This document shows, one piece after another, positions 52,241-63,715 of a stretch of 64,000 nucleotides of DNA (the stretch's first letter is position 1; each line of letters starts with the position of its first letter). Below the pieces are notes generated by a model that did not search any database, was not told the origin of the DNA, and worked only from the letters and a program-made list of their open reading frames with translations. The DNA is from Catajapyx aquilonaris. Taxonomy: Eukaryota. The translations under genes and the position numbers were made by a program. The stretch spans positions 1 through 64,000 of the forward strand of contig JYFJ02001506.1 in NCBI GenBank assembly GCA_000934665.2, given 5' to 3'.

Positions 52241-53748
52241 ACGCACTCTTGAACGGCCATCGGAGTCCAATTATTATTTTCGTCTTACCCCCCCAAAAAA
52301 AACATATGTAGGTTAACCCCTCCGGAACGGGTGTGCAATCAAAAGGGTGGGGGTAATCACTACATTCCCGCAGTCATGCGATTCAAACTTGTTCACGTCC
52401 GTGTTTTCCTTTTATTATGCTGTTTTTAAAGCTTTTTTTTGTGTGTGTGTGTGCCCTAGAAGCAAACAGTAGCGACATTCTGCAACTATTTCCTGTTGGC
52501 GTTCATTACGGTCAAAAGTGTACCAGCACGACAACCTGCATTTACCATCGTCATAGTATATGGCTCACAGAATTGGCCTTCCAGCCAAGCGTGGTGGTTT
52601 CCGCGTCTCATTTTTCCAGTGACGCTGGAGAAGACATCATTCCCTTATGAATTTATTCAGGAGCTCCAATAATCGCTTTATACACCTTACATGAGCCGGA
52701 AAAATAACATCATACACACGAAAGAGTGAAAGGTTTCATTCATTTTTTTTTTGGTATAGGTGAAATAACCTTCGGGAAGGTTTTCAGCTGATGTCGCACT
52801 CCAGTGACCACAAAAATTATTTGCACGTTACGAGAGCCCTGTAATAAGACGTATAAATCTTGCAGTCTTTCAGGTGACAAGCAATTTGCACGCAATTTCT
52901 TGTGACGCATGAGCCTGAACAACAGGTGGTTCACTATGAAGTGTCTACATCGATAAGAGGAAGAGAATTTCGCTACATAAAAAATGAAGCATCAAAGCCT
53001 GAACCCTGATCAAGTTATTGCAAAAATTTACCATAATTCGGCAATTAAAGTTCAGATATTTTCGCACGCTTATAATTAGTTATTCGAATGATCGCTCACG
53101 TCTCATTTCAAAAGAATGTCCACACACCTGTACTTTCTATTCAAAGTAGTAAGTACCGTGCATTAGTTTACTGCCCCCATTGTCGTAAAACCTCCCCACG
53201 TTCCCATTTGAAATACCTTTTATAGTACAGTCTGCACCACACACTCTGTTCAACTAAAATGCACCATTTTTTATTATTATTTCATTTGTCCTGTAATGTC
53301 CCTATTAGGGACTTTAAGGGGGGGAAATGCACCATATAATATTACCCAGAAAAACGGCACTTGATATAGCATGCCCTACGAATCCCACGCGAAAAAAAAC
53401 ACCCTAATGAAGAAAACCAGTTACAAAACATTTGCCCTAATCAAGCATATCTTGCAGTACATAAACTACATAAAAAGCAGGTCCGTGCCTTCCGTTCCGT
53501 TTCCGCAGACCAGATTGGCGAGAAATTGCTCGTGCCGTTCCATCCCATACCCCTTCTCCAATGAGCGAGGTCGTCCTTGGTCACCCCCGGCCTTCCCCCA
53601 GGCCTCTACATTATAATACTTCTATACGAAGACTAATTACAGCATTCCTGATTTGACTCTTGGCTACCACCTGGTCACCATCACCAGTGGTTGGTGTGGG
53701 CAACCAACGTGGTAGGCGCCATTGAACCTCTTCTACTTGGACGCTCTT

Positions 53749-53754
53749 TCAGTT
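53749..53754 (+). promoter_or_regulatory. Initiator-like TCAGTT (or a splice acceptor) upstream of Rh exon A
   Basis: Matches the arthropod Inr consensus TCAKTY, ~35 nt before the ATG. The same bases (ctctttcAG) also fit a 3' splice site. Confidence 0.35.
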
Positions 53755-53785
53755 CAGTGCGGATCAGGCATCAGGATACAAGACC

Positions 53786-53960
53786 ATGGCGGTGTTCAAG
53801 ATGCGTTGGCCCGAATCTCTTCATGTGCCGATCATCATAGCGATGCAGATTTTCTTCGTCATTATTTTTGGCGTGGGTGTCGATTATGATGATTCAGCCA
53901 ATTCGCTCAAGAACACTGGGAAGCCACCGGAAGAGAACGCCATTCATTCCTACTATCCAA
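53786..53960 (+). CDS. Rh50: Rh-family ammonium transporter, first coding exon variant A (partial gene)
   Basis: accATGG Kozak context; MAVFK...MQIFFVIIFGVGVDYDDSAN...IHSYYP matches Rh TM1 and loop 1; donor ccaa|GTGAGT, phase 1, at the position where Rh exon 1 normally ends (before FQDVHVM). Confidence 0.82.
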
Positions 53961-55861
53961 GTGAGTGGTTTGTAGATAAGGAATAAAAATGTTTTCTAGG
54001 AGGTCACACATTCGTGTTTAGACAAACAAGGGAAGAAACTAATTTGCATATTATTGTCAATACCGGCCAGTCCTTGTAACGTCCGATTGCGTAACGGAGG
54101 AGTCTCTAGCAAATTAATGTTTCTCTTTTTCCTGGTGTGTTCTGAATATATTGTACTTCCCTGATGTTCAGGTGATCCATTTTGCGTAAGATGTCTGCTG
54201 CTATAGGGTCGGTTCCGTATCTTCGCGATTTAGACAGTGCAGGTCACAGTACTGTACAGGTCCTTAAAATTCGCCATGTCTCGAGTCAATCGATCACCAA
54301 GTCACCGTCCCATGTTACTAATGCAATTGGCTCACACTGTGGGACTTTTTTATAAATAAGCTAAACCCGCGCAGCAAGGTCAACAAGTAGCAGAACACCG
54401 ATACTGGCAATGAATTGTTTAATTATTTACTCCAGAACGTTTACACCATTGGTGCAAGTAAGCAGATTATGCCATCGCAATCTTTGTACGCATCACCGAG
54501 GCAGGTTATGCGTTGTGCACTACCCCTCTGCAGAATCTCAAAGGGTAATTAACCTTCACACTCGATTGTCCCTGCTTCGAGCAATCCACATCTCATCCTA
54601 ATTACGAAACATGATTACTAGGAAACATAGGATATGCAGTAAACATATTATTAATCAAGTGTCAACAATATAGCTTTGTTAATGGTAAGGAAAAAACTGC
54701 ATACGATGCATTTCGCAATGGCCATACCAACAGCTATAAAATGATTGATAGCAACAGGACAATCAACACTTACTATGAAAGAGTTAACTATGCAGAGGGA
54801 GATATTCCGAACAAAAGCATCTAAAAACTATCGAATTACGTATTTCAGTATGTTAATTACACCCCCCTTGCTTCACATCCGTAGTGACACCCTCTAATCA
54901 TTTTGCGCACGCGTAATCTGCAACTATGAATTCACTACCGTATCGCAATTTTCACGATCCGACCTTCGCCTTTTTGGTTCTCGCCCCTCTTCTTTTATCA
55001 TAATTTGTGACAGCTTCGTGATAACTCCATTTACAATATTTTTGCCACTACAAGCCAGGCTTCGGTTTTGTAATACTCGATTATGCAGTGAAAGGGCCAT
55101 GCATTGAAGTGAATATGTAAATATACTATGTATATAATTATTACACGATCTGCCCATTTAAATGGCAGTTGTCCAAATATTGTTCAACTTGTAATTTACC
55201 TTAAACTATTTTTGTCACGATCATTGCTGTTCCCAACTAAACAGGGGCATGAAAAAATGACCCACAAGTGTCCATCACAATAATATGCTAATTATGCTAA
55301 AGTGCGGAAACCCTTAGCGTTAAGAATAATTACAATGCACATAGCAAAAAGGCGCATCATTATCAATTTCCTTCATCAGTCATGAACTTACACTTTCCAA
55401 CTTGGTTACTTTGACCTCTCTCTAGCGACGAATATTCCCACGGCCGGATAGACTCCCTATTGCATAAATTATCTCAATTCTTAGTAATACGTAACCCGGA
55501 CACCAGCCGTGACCCCAAAATCTGCTCCATATTGGCCACTCAAATGAATAGGCCCTCCCATCTAGTCTGTGTCATTCAATAGGTGCCCATTAATATTGCC
55601 TCCCGGGTGTACTCAGTGACATATTTAGGTTTTTGCCGCCCCTAGGCATAGCCTTATCTGCCCCCCCCCCCNNNCCCCTTCCCCCACTCCTGGCTGCTTT
55701 TTAGGTCCGAGATTGGGGAAATTCCGAAATTTGCGGATTTCAAGGCCAAATATCTCGAAAATGGTTATTTCAAATCATTTGAAATTTTGGTCATGGATAC
55801 TCCTACTAGTACTTAGCAAAATCCAATGAATTTCATATTGGGGTTTATACACTTTTATGCC

Positions 55862-56010
55862 GCTCCAAGGTGAATCGGCCGATGCCCAGACAAGTAAGGG
55901 CGAAACTCACCTGTAGATCCTGCACAGATCCCCCCTGTCCTATAGGGGGGAAGGGTGCACGAGACTTTCGCCCTTACTGGTCTCGGGCATTGGGCGATTC
56001 ATCTTGGGGC
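55862..56010. mobile_element. Small MITE-like inverted-repeat element (~150 bp) between Rh exons A and B
   Basis: 55862-55905 is an imperfect reverse complement of 55966-56010 (gtaagggcgaaa / tttcgcccttac), with additional inner tgcac/gtgca and C-run/G-run pairing. Confidence 0.65.
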
Positions 56011-57162
56011 TCAACAGGCCGTGGGAAAACTGTACTGAAATTGGAAAGATGTCATGAGTCCTATATACTGTAGTGTTCCGCATAAAGAATAACCTACCGC
56101 GAACACTATGGGTACAGATACGAATAGGCAGTAGGCCTATACTAAAATCTCCATAGACCACGACCCTTGCAACAGGAGTATGTTATTCATTAGATTTTAA
56201 AGTTATTCAATAAAACACGCCCTCGCGTCATCACCCATCAGCTGCGTCATGCTGTTGTCTTATTGATTACTGTGTGACTATTTTCTGTCAGCCGTTTTCA
56301 GTAAGTACTGTGTATACACGATAAATCAGACAGTAGGCTAATTAGCCTGGAGCCTAATCTAAAGTCAACATGAGCAGGCTCAGATATGATAATAGCATAT
56401 TGCTTGTCGGGTAGGATAATACCCCAGAATATAAACTAACATTAGCAACAGATATTTTTCCCCCATTCCACTGTCATAATGTTGATTCAACAGTGTAGAT
56501 TATTGGCCCATTACTTTTTACACGCGCACTAAAAGAATCCACCTATAGGAAGAGTGTAGAACCCTCTTGACACGACCTTATACAGGCAGAGTGTTGGGAC
56601 AATCGTGCTAAGAGTATAGGAATAGAATTAGCATAGCTCTAAAAGCAGAACAAGGACACCAATACAAATTTTAATTTAGCAAGGAAGAAGGGACAGATAA
56701 CTGATTGTGTGTTCAGATTGATTTTTTTTCGAGTCACTTATGATAAGTATAGGTACTCGTAAGTGAGAATCCAATGCGTAAGCATGTATTTTCACTTCAT
56801 ATTTATAATACTGGGCAAATCTTATATCGATGCTGACTTCGTCGAGGAAAATACCCTGACAATGTTATTCCTTTGATGCAGTGGCTATATACGTTGTTTT
56901 CCATTTATCCCGACGGGCTACATACGCCAGCACATGTATCCGTTTAAAAGAGATTAGATCTTGAAGAAGGCAGTGAATTTTGCATTCATGAGCCGGGTGA
57001 AGTTCAGAAACTGGGGTCGCGATTAAATCACCCAGGTCGCCTGGGAATAGTACCTTTATTTGTGTCTGCATGAAAAGAGCTTGAATACACCTTGAAAAGG
57101 TCAAAGAGGGGGGCGCATTCGACACACTTGGAACATGATTGCAGAAGAGACAAGGGGATATG

Positions 57163-57170
57163 TATATATA
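57163..57170 (+). promoter_or_regulatory. TATA-like box upstream of Rh exon B
   Basis: TATATATA ~90 nt upstream of the ATG. Confidence 0.3.
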
Positions 57171-57256
57171 CGAGAGAGGTTGTCCCTCGCTACCACATTG
57201 TGGCATGTCCTGCTGAAGAAAGGTAATCGTCTGAGATTTGGCGAAGGAGAAGAAGG

Positions 57257-57482
57257 ATGGATTACGGCAGGAGGAGCAGGTATCAGTTCCTCGTGCCCCT
57301 CAGCGATGACCGCCTTCTATTCGGGGGTCTTCTGATGTTTCTGCAAATAGCACTCCTATGCCTATTTGCCGTTAACGTTGCATACGATGTTGAGGCTGAT
57401 GCCAGCATATGGGAGAACACGGCGGACAAGAGTATTGGAGGATACGACCATAGTTGGAATGATATGACCAGAGTGTACCCAA
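57257..57482 (+). CDS. Rh50: Rh-family ammonium transporter, first coding exon variant B (partial gene)
   Basis: aggATGG start with an in-frame stop upstream at 57224; LQIALLCLFAVNVAYDVEADAS...MTRVYP; donor ccaa|GTAAGA, phase 1. Confidence 0.8.
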
Positions 57483-58601
57483 GTAAGAGTATCATACTAC
57501 CATAGAGTACGTACATGCCAGTAATAGGAGAGTGAGGGCCAATATATTTTGCAATTGAATGGAATCACTAACGGATATTCATGTCTTAGCTTCTTGTAGA
57601 GCTAGTTTCACCACTGCAGGTGTATGCTATGTATACAGTATAGAGTGTTGTAGTATGAGTATGTGTTAGTCATTTACTTGTTGTTGAAGGTCCCGCAACC
57701 TATAATTTATGCATATAGGACACAAACAGAGGAGACTAATTTGACTTCAAAATACAGATGCGGTGGCTCTTCAGTTGAAATGTGCTGGAACTGAATGACC
57801 CACACCTATACGTGCGTGATTGACAACACAATAAATAAAGAGACAACGCGGTCACAATGGGCATGCATAAGTCAATTACATTATGCTCAATTAGCTATTA
57901 CTAATCAAGGTTATACTGGCTCTATCTTTCCAGCTTTTTATCACTTCCGTTAAGTAACACCCCACAACTATTACATAATAGTGTTGGTAGTATACTATAC
58001 ATTATTGCATTTGTTTATGGTGTTACTTTGGTTATATACACGACACAAAACGGGTTCGGTGAATATGATCAACAGGTAGAAAGAGTTTAAAAATTGATGT
58101 TCCACTTCAGTGCAACTAACATATTAAGTAAAGAGTAATTCCAAGCAGAATCATACCGTGCAAGTGTAATTTGATTAACGGATCTCTGGTTCGTTGGAAA
58201 GGACTAACAGGCACATCTGAATCCGAATGTGTATGCGGAAGAGTCCTATAATTAAGTGGTGATATATTTGAGGTTTTCATGGCCTACTGCATGAACGCAA
58301 TTTAAGCAGAAAATCTGATTATGTCGGATTATGTATTGTGTGTGAATATGCATAATCGGAGATTTTCCCCTAATTTGCTCCCATACAACTGGCCCTCAGT
58401 CTATATCTTAAAAGAGGGCTATAGAGCTCGTGTTCCCCATCCTGTCAATCCATGCTAAATGGGAATGAAATGTGAATGCCAATACACTATCTCCCAACGT
58501 ACACGTTGAGCCAAAATATTGTCCACATTGATAAAATAAATTGCACCAGTGATGCTGTACAATTTAATTGCGAAACACTAAAAAATGAAGCTTTCACTAG
58601 C

Positions 58602-58676
<75 letters not shown>
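58602..58676. repeat. (TAT)25 microsatellite
   Basis: Uninterrupted trinucleotide run. Confidence 0.97.
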
Positions 58677-58678
<2 letters not shown>

Positions 58679-58807
58679 CCTAAAACTGATTTTGTCTTCT
58701 ATGTGGTACGCTACTCTCAGTTCTGGCCTACTGACTGGCAAAAGAAATAGAGTACGACTTATGATCGCATTTCACGGACCAATCAAAAAAATAACGACCG
58801 AGCAATC

Positions 58808-58893
58808 CAATTGAATCACTTTTTATAAGAAGGGAACAAGTCCAATAACTTTAAGTTGGACTTGTTCCCTTCTTATAAAAAGTGATTCAATTG
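58808..58893. repeat. Perfect inverted repeat, 38-bp arms, 10-nt loop
   Basis: caattgaatcactttttataagaagggaacaagtccaa-taactttaag-ttggacttgttcccttcttataaaaagtgattcaattg. Confidence 0.95.
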
Positions 58894-61474
58894 CAATAGA
58901 TTCGGGTGCATTCAATGTCAATGCCGTCATGGTCTTCGGAAGCGAGTGCGTGATAATGCCTGTCTCTGTGCATGATTGATGCCACGCAAGCAAGAGCAGG
59001 AGCTCGAATCAGGTCAAGAACTGAGGCCACGAATGTTTTTCCAAGCCGCTCTTAGCAGAAGTCGGCATGAGAGCCATAAATAATTCGATTGCCCCACCTC
59101 CCCTCTACATCCTTTCTCGATTAATATTCCTCCGGTACTAAACTCTTCGAGTGCCACCAGGTAGTTTCCTTTGCCAATAGTGCCTCATAGTTGTGCGGAC
59201 TCATTTGATCCAACTATCAGTTATGCTCGTGAATGTGCAGTCACGAGAGGGAAGGTAGCTATTACGTAGCATATGCTTGCTTATTGCTTATTTATTGCAA
59301 ATAACATGTTATTTTTTCTTGTCTCGACGCGACGCTTCCTTCCACATACATGCGATAGCGGTGTGATCAAAGAATTCTTTGACATCTTCCGACTGTCCTT
59401 GTGGAATATCGCGAGGAAGGAAGTGTCGAACCACTCGAAGCATAGGATGCTGTTGGTGTAAAAGATCAAGGTCTTGGACATATTCAGTGGGTCAGGTTCA
59501 TTTGTGTTGGCCTTGACTATAGTGTCAGAAAATCCACAGTATTTACATGACGCGTATTAGGATGTACTGTACGTGGAATACAGTATCACGTATTATCGGC
59601 TCCGCCTTGCTGACTAATCCTGTCTCCTAAGGTCAGCTGGACTGAATCGCGAATTGTATATATTTAAATATATTTCGCATGTAGTTGAAATTCTGCATAA
59701 CGCTTGCAATATTTATGCACCCACCATTATGCCAAAAATTTTGAGTTCTTGGACGCAAAAGTGCATTAACATTTATGCGAAGTGTGTTTACTCGTTATTT
59801 TGAAAATGGAAAGCAAGTACAGGCCTGTGCATGCGAAAATAATAGTAATTAATACATGCTCGTGTTTTTTTTGACACTTCATGCAATATATGTACAATAG
59901 AGAAAATACCAACTTCAACACTAGCCGTTTCCGAAATTCTGTGTTTTTCCCTTTCTGTTGAAATGGTGCTCATTTCCGGTGCGCGTTCCCGAAAACGATG
60001 GTGCAAGAAAAACCGTGAATATTGGGATTTATAATTGAAACAGGTAGTTTCCTGAAAATAAGTGCACACTAAAATCTTGCAGTGAGGCACGGCTAAATGG
60101 TTTTCTCCCCTGCACGGAAACTTATCACATGGTATATTACGAAGTTATCCAGCTTTTTTGTAGCACGAGACACGTCCATTTCCGGTCACTTTTCAAAACC
60201 AAATGTAGCCTAAATATGATATTACACCAGAATAACAATCACTGCTCACGGGTCATTTTTCCGAATCTGTAGCAATTATCTCATGCACTCAGCTTAATTT
60301 TTTATGCCACATTCACAAAATATTAGAGTCTGTCATTATGTACGGCACATAGTCCAGTGTGGCACGTATCGTATAATTCATTATCCCTACTTCATGCATG
60401 CTGAGCGTAAGCTTGCGATTCTTCATTGAAAGTCCTTCCACAGCCGTATATCCCCACGCCTTTATTAATCAACTCGTTTAGGGCCAATTGCGGCCAAATT
60501 CTCTCTCGTTAAGTATTTGACACACGTGGTACTGTTGCCATGGTTGACCTGCTCCCCCCACCAAATAAGTTTTTGTATGTGAAAAATTACACTTTCAAAG
60601 TTGAGCTCTTGAAAATTCTACAACCTGCTTCTGATCATGTAGCCATATCAATTGTCGTTGACCACTCTCCAGGGTCACTGCCCGACACAGTACATATGTT
60701 GCGCCTATTGCGCCTGTGTGGAAGAGTCAACTAAACATAAAAAAGGCATATCTATAATATATTATAGTAATTATTTGCAAAATATTAGGCTTGCAATTGC
60801 GTGTTATCCTGAGGTCGACATAAGTTACGCGCGACGATGGGGTAATAACACATTTCCAAGTGCATGACAATTGCCACTGTATAGGTTCAAAAAAGTGTAT
60901 TATTAACCTGTAATTAACTTGATATCACAGGAAGGAAGCCGTCATAATGACAGAAATGATAAATTGAAACTCTGACGTAGTCAATCTGTTGAACGCAGTC
61001 ATTGAATCAAAATTGTAACGTATAGTCTGGTTGTGTCAGCAAAAAAGTGACATTACTGCGTAGTTTAAGCCGTACTCGGTAGTCCGCCTGTTTTAATGCT
61101 GATAACAGTTATCCCTCTTGTTAGTGACCAGTTTTTTCGCGGAACACAATAGCAAACCAGATACTATTTCCGCAAAAATATAACTCCAATACTTTGAGCC
61201 GCATAACTCTTTGCTAGATTATCACTCCGATATCCAAAATTATATTAGAGACGAGTCATCAACATGGCGACAGTCTGCGTCTGAATTAGCAAAACTTGGC
61301 AGAACATCGTCGCCGTGCATGCGGTCGTGTATCCTTTCCTTACACAATATCAGACCTACGCCCACTACAGGACAACAACAACAAAAAATCGACGCCAAGT
61401 GTTGGTTGATTGGGTATACAACCATCCTCCAGTACAAAAAAAAAAAAAAACACCGGGGGGAGTTTGCCCACGAG

Positions 61475-61480
61475 TCAGTC
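61475..61480 (+). promoter_or_regulatory. Initiator-like TCAGTC upstream of Rh exon C
   Basis: TCAKTY match ~50 nt before the ATG. Confidence 0.3.
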
Positions 61481-61525
61481 ATGGAGTGAGAACCGCTGAA
61501 TAGTGACCAAGACCATTACAGTCGA

Positions 61526-62078
61526 ATGCATTCGACCCAGCCTGCGCCTCAGCAACGAAGCATCAGCATGGTCCTCAGTCGGTCCAGCACTGTGGATGAC
61601 ATCGAAGCAGGAGCAAGAAGAAGGGGACGACGACAACTGGAGATGGACACAGCCCAAAGGATGCAATTCGCCACCGTCATGTTGGTGGGACAACTGGGCT
61701 TGATGGTCCTCTTCGGTTTCTACGTCGACTATGATGTGGAGGCCCAACCATTCCTGCAGGTACCCGGACCCTCCCGGGTGGTGTCGCATGGACATCCTTC
61801 GACACAAATCCCGACTCGTCTCACCACTACCACGCAGCACAACATGCATCTAATGCTGCCCGATTTGCCTCCTGAGGAAGCATACGAGCCAGATCTAAGC
61901 CAGCAGGACATGTCTGACGAAGAACTGCTAAATATGCCTGATGTCATGCAGAAGAGAGCGGTGGACAATCCGCGTTTGTTCGGGTTCACTATTCCGATCG
62001 GATCTACCCATCCACCCGCGATACAGCAAGCGACAGCAGATGATGCTGCGTCAGTACCGTTTGGCATCACCTATGCTA
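61526..62078 (+). CDS. Rh50: Rh-family ammonium transporter, first coding exon variant C with long N-tail and expanded extracellular loop (partial gene)
   Basis: 184 open codons; GQLGLMVLFGFYVDYDVEA matches the Q-x6-F-x3-V-x-Y-D motif of variants A and B; ends GITYA with donor gcta|GTAAGT, phase 1. Confidence 0.75.
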
Positions 62079-62600
62079 GTAAGTCGAACATAGGTTGATT
62101 TTTGTACTGCACTGTTTGCGTTGGCGGACTGTTTGCGCCAACTTATTTACACGCTATGTTTGGTCAGCATGCTAATATGTCACACATTGCATCCACGTGC
62201 TCAAACTATCATGCGACGATGTCGATGGCTGTGTATTCAGAGTGTTTCAGAATTTAGCTCGCATCCGCGTATTGATGAAAATCTCGCCTACGGTCATTTC
62301 AAGTCGCTTCTGCCGGTCCATCTTCAAGTGTGACAGCCCGTTACGTATGCCTTTGGAAAGTTCATTTAATAGGTTTTCCAATGGTATACATAACTCGACG
62401 CCGAAGATGAGGCGGAGAAGGACAGCGATACGGATGAGCTCAGTTATGAAGCACGTATTTACGCCAATATTGTTTGCACATTTTGTTACGCTAGTGTCCA
62501 CCTGAGTCCACTGAATCAATAACACTCGAGTATTGACGTAATTATGTATCATAAATAAACTATATTATTATAAGGAGAGAAGGCTGTAGCCACCCCATAG

Positions 62601-62764
62601 CATCTCTGAGGTCCCGAGTTCGATCCTCGGATCGGAAAGAGAATTTTCTCATGCGGGAAAAGTTTTGATGGGTTCTCACCATGTTCGCGTGGATTTTCTC
62701 AGGCTTCTCTCGTTTCCTACCACTATCAAAATCCATTAGCAGAGCAGTGCTATTAAAGTCGGGT
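62601..62764 (+). mobile_element. tRNA-derived SINE with V-domain-like core
   Basis: B-box-like GAGTTCGATCC at 62616-62626, then gttctcaccatgttcgcgtggattttctcaggcttctctcgtttcctacca, resembling the V-SINE core. Homologous to 2916-3022 in reverse orientation. Confidence 0.65.
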
Positions 62765-63644
62765 CAGTTTATTAAATGGTAAATATTGTAGGGTTAGGCT
62801 AACGGCATACAAATGGACACTCACGTCCGTGGATCTGAACCATTACGGGCAAGTTGTATGATCGATAGTAAACCCAGAACAAGTGGTTGCTAAACCGTAT
62901 ATTATTCACGGAGGGTTAATCACTTATTCTGGATTCACTATCGATCACTCAACCTGCCCGATGTGTCACGTGGGGGGGGGGGGGNACCACATAATAATCG
63001 TTATCCCTAATGGACGAAAGGTCTTCACTGATAAACAACTCATTGAGACGTATTTGTTAGCCTGAGAAATATTGCATATGTCGGAGGCAAAAGTACCATA
63101 AATCATGAACAACAAGCTTATCCACGGTGGAAGGTACACGACCGCCTCCAAGGTGCACAATATACCGGTACTGTATATCCCCACTCCTCAAATAAGATAA
63201 TGGTTATACGTGACGTCACGGTTACGGCGGAATTGAATTATATTGAACACGCACGCTGCCGCATCACTTGGTCGGAAATATCGGCTAAACGGAACATGCT
63301 AGTAATATCGGATGTCCATGAACTAACGACATATTATAGTGGTGTAATAATCTTACATATGAAACTCGCTGAAGCGATTTAATACAGGATTAGCTGCCAG
63401 AAATATCGATAAAAACGCAGTGAATATACTCGGACACCATTCAAGTCCTGAGCGGAATTATGATTTAATATTTAGTCACAGCGATTACATTATTCTATGT
63501 CAGTTAGTGCTTGGGGACATCTGACAAACGTCACATTTTTCAATATTAGAACGCCCAGGGCCCGTTGTACGAACGTAAATGAACCGAAAATTTCCGATTA
63601 CATGTGTAGGCATTGACAATATTATGACTAAAGATTTTCTCTTA

Positions 63645-63715
63645 ATAAATAAATAAATAATAATAATAATAATAATGATGATAATGATAATAATAATAAT
63701 AATAATAATAATAAT
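63645..63715. repeat. (AAT)n microsatellite with AAAT and GAT interruptions
   Basis: Directly visible. Confidence 0.95.

Noticed and set aside
58476..58814. ORF with a poly-Tyr run
   Set aside because: Artefact of the (TAT)25 microsatellite.
61475..62070. Minus-strand ORFs of 124 and 113 aa
   Set aside because: Shadow frames of Rh exon C.
62601..62640. tRNA gene suggested by a B-box
   Set aside because: No cloverleaf; it is followed by a SINE core and is better explained as a SINE head.
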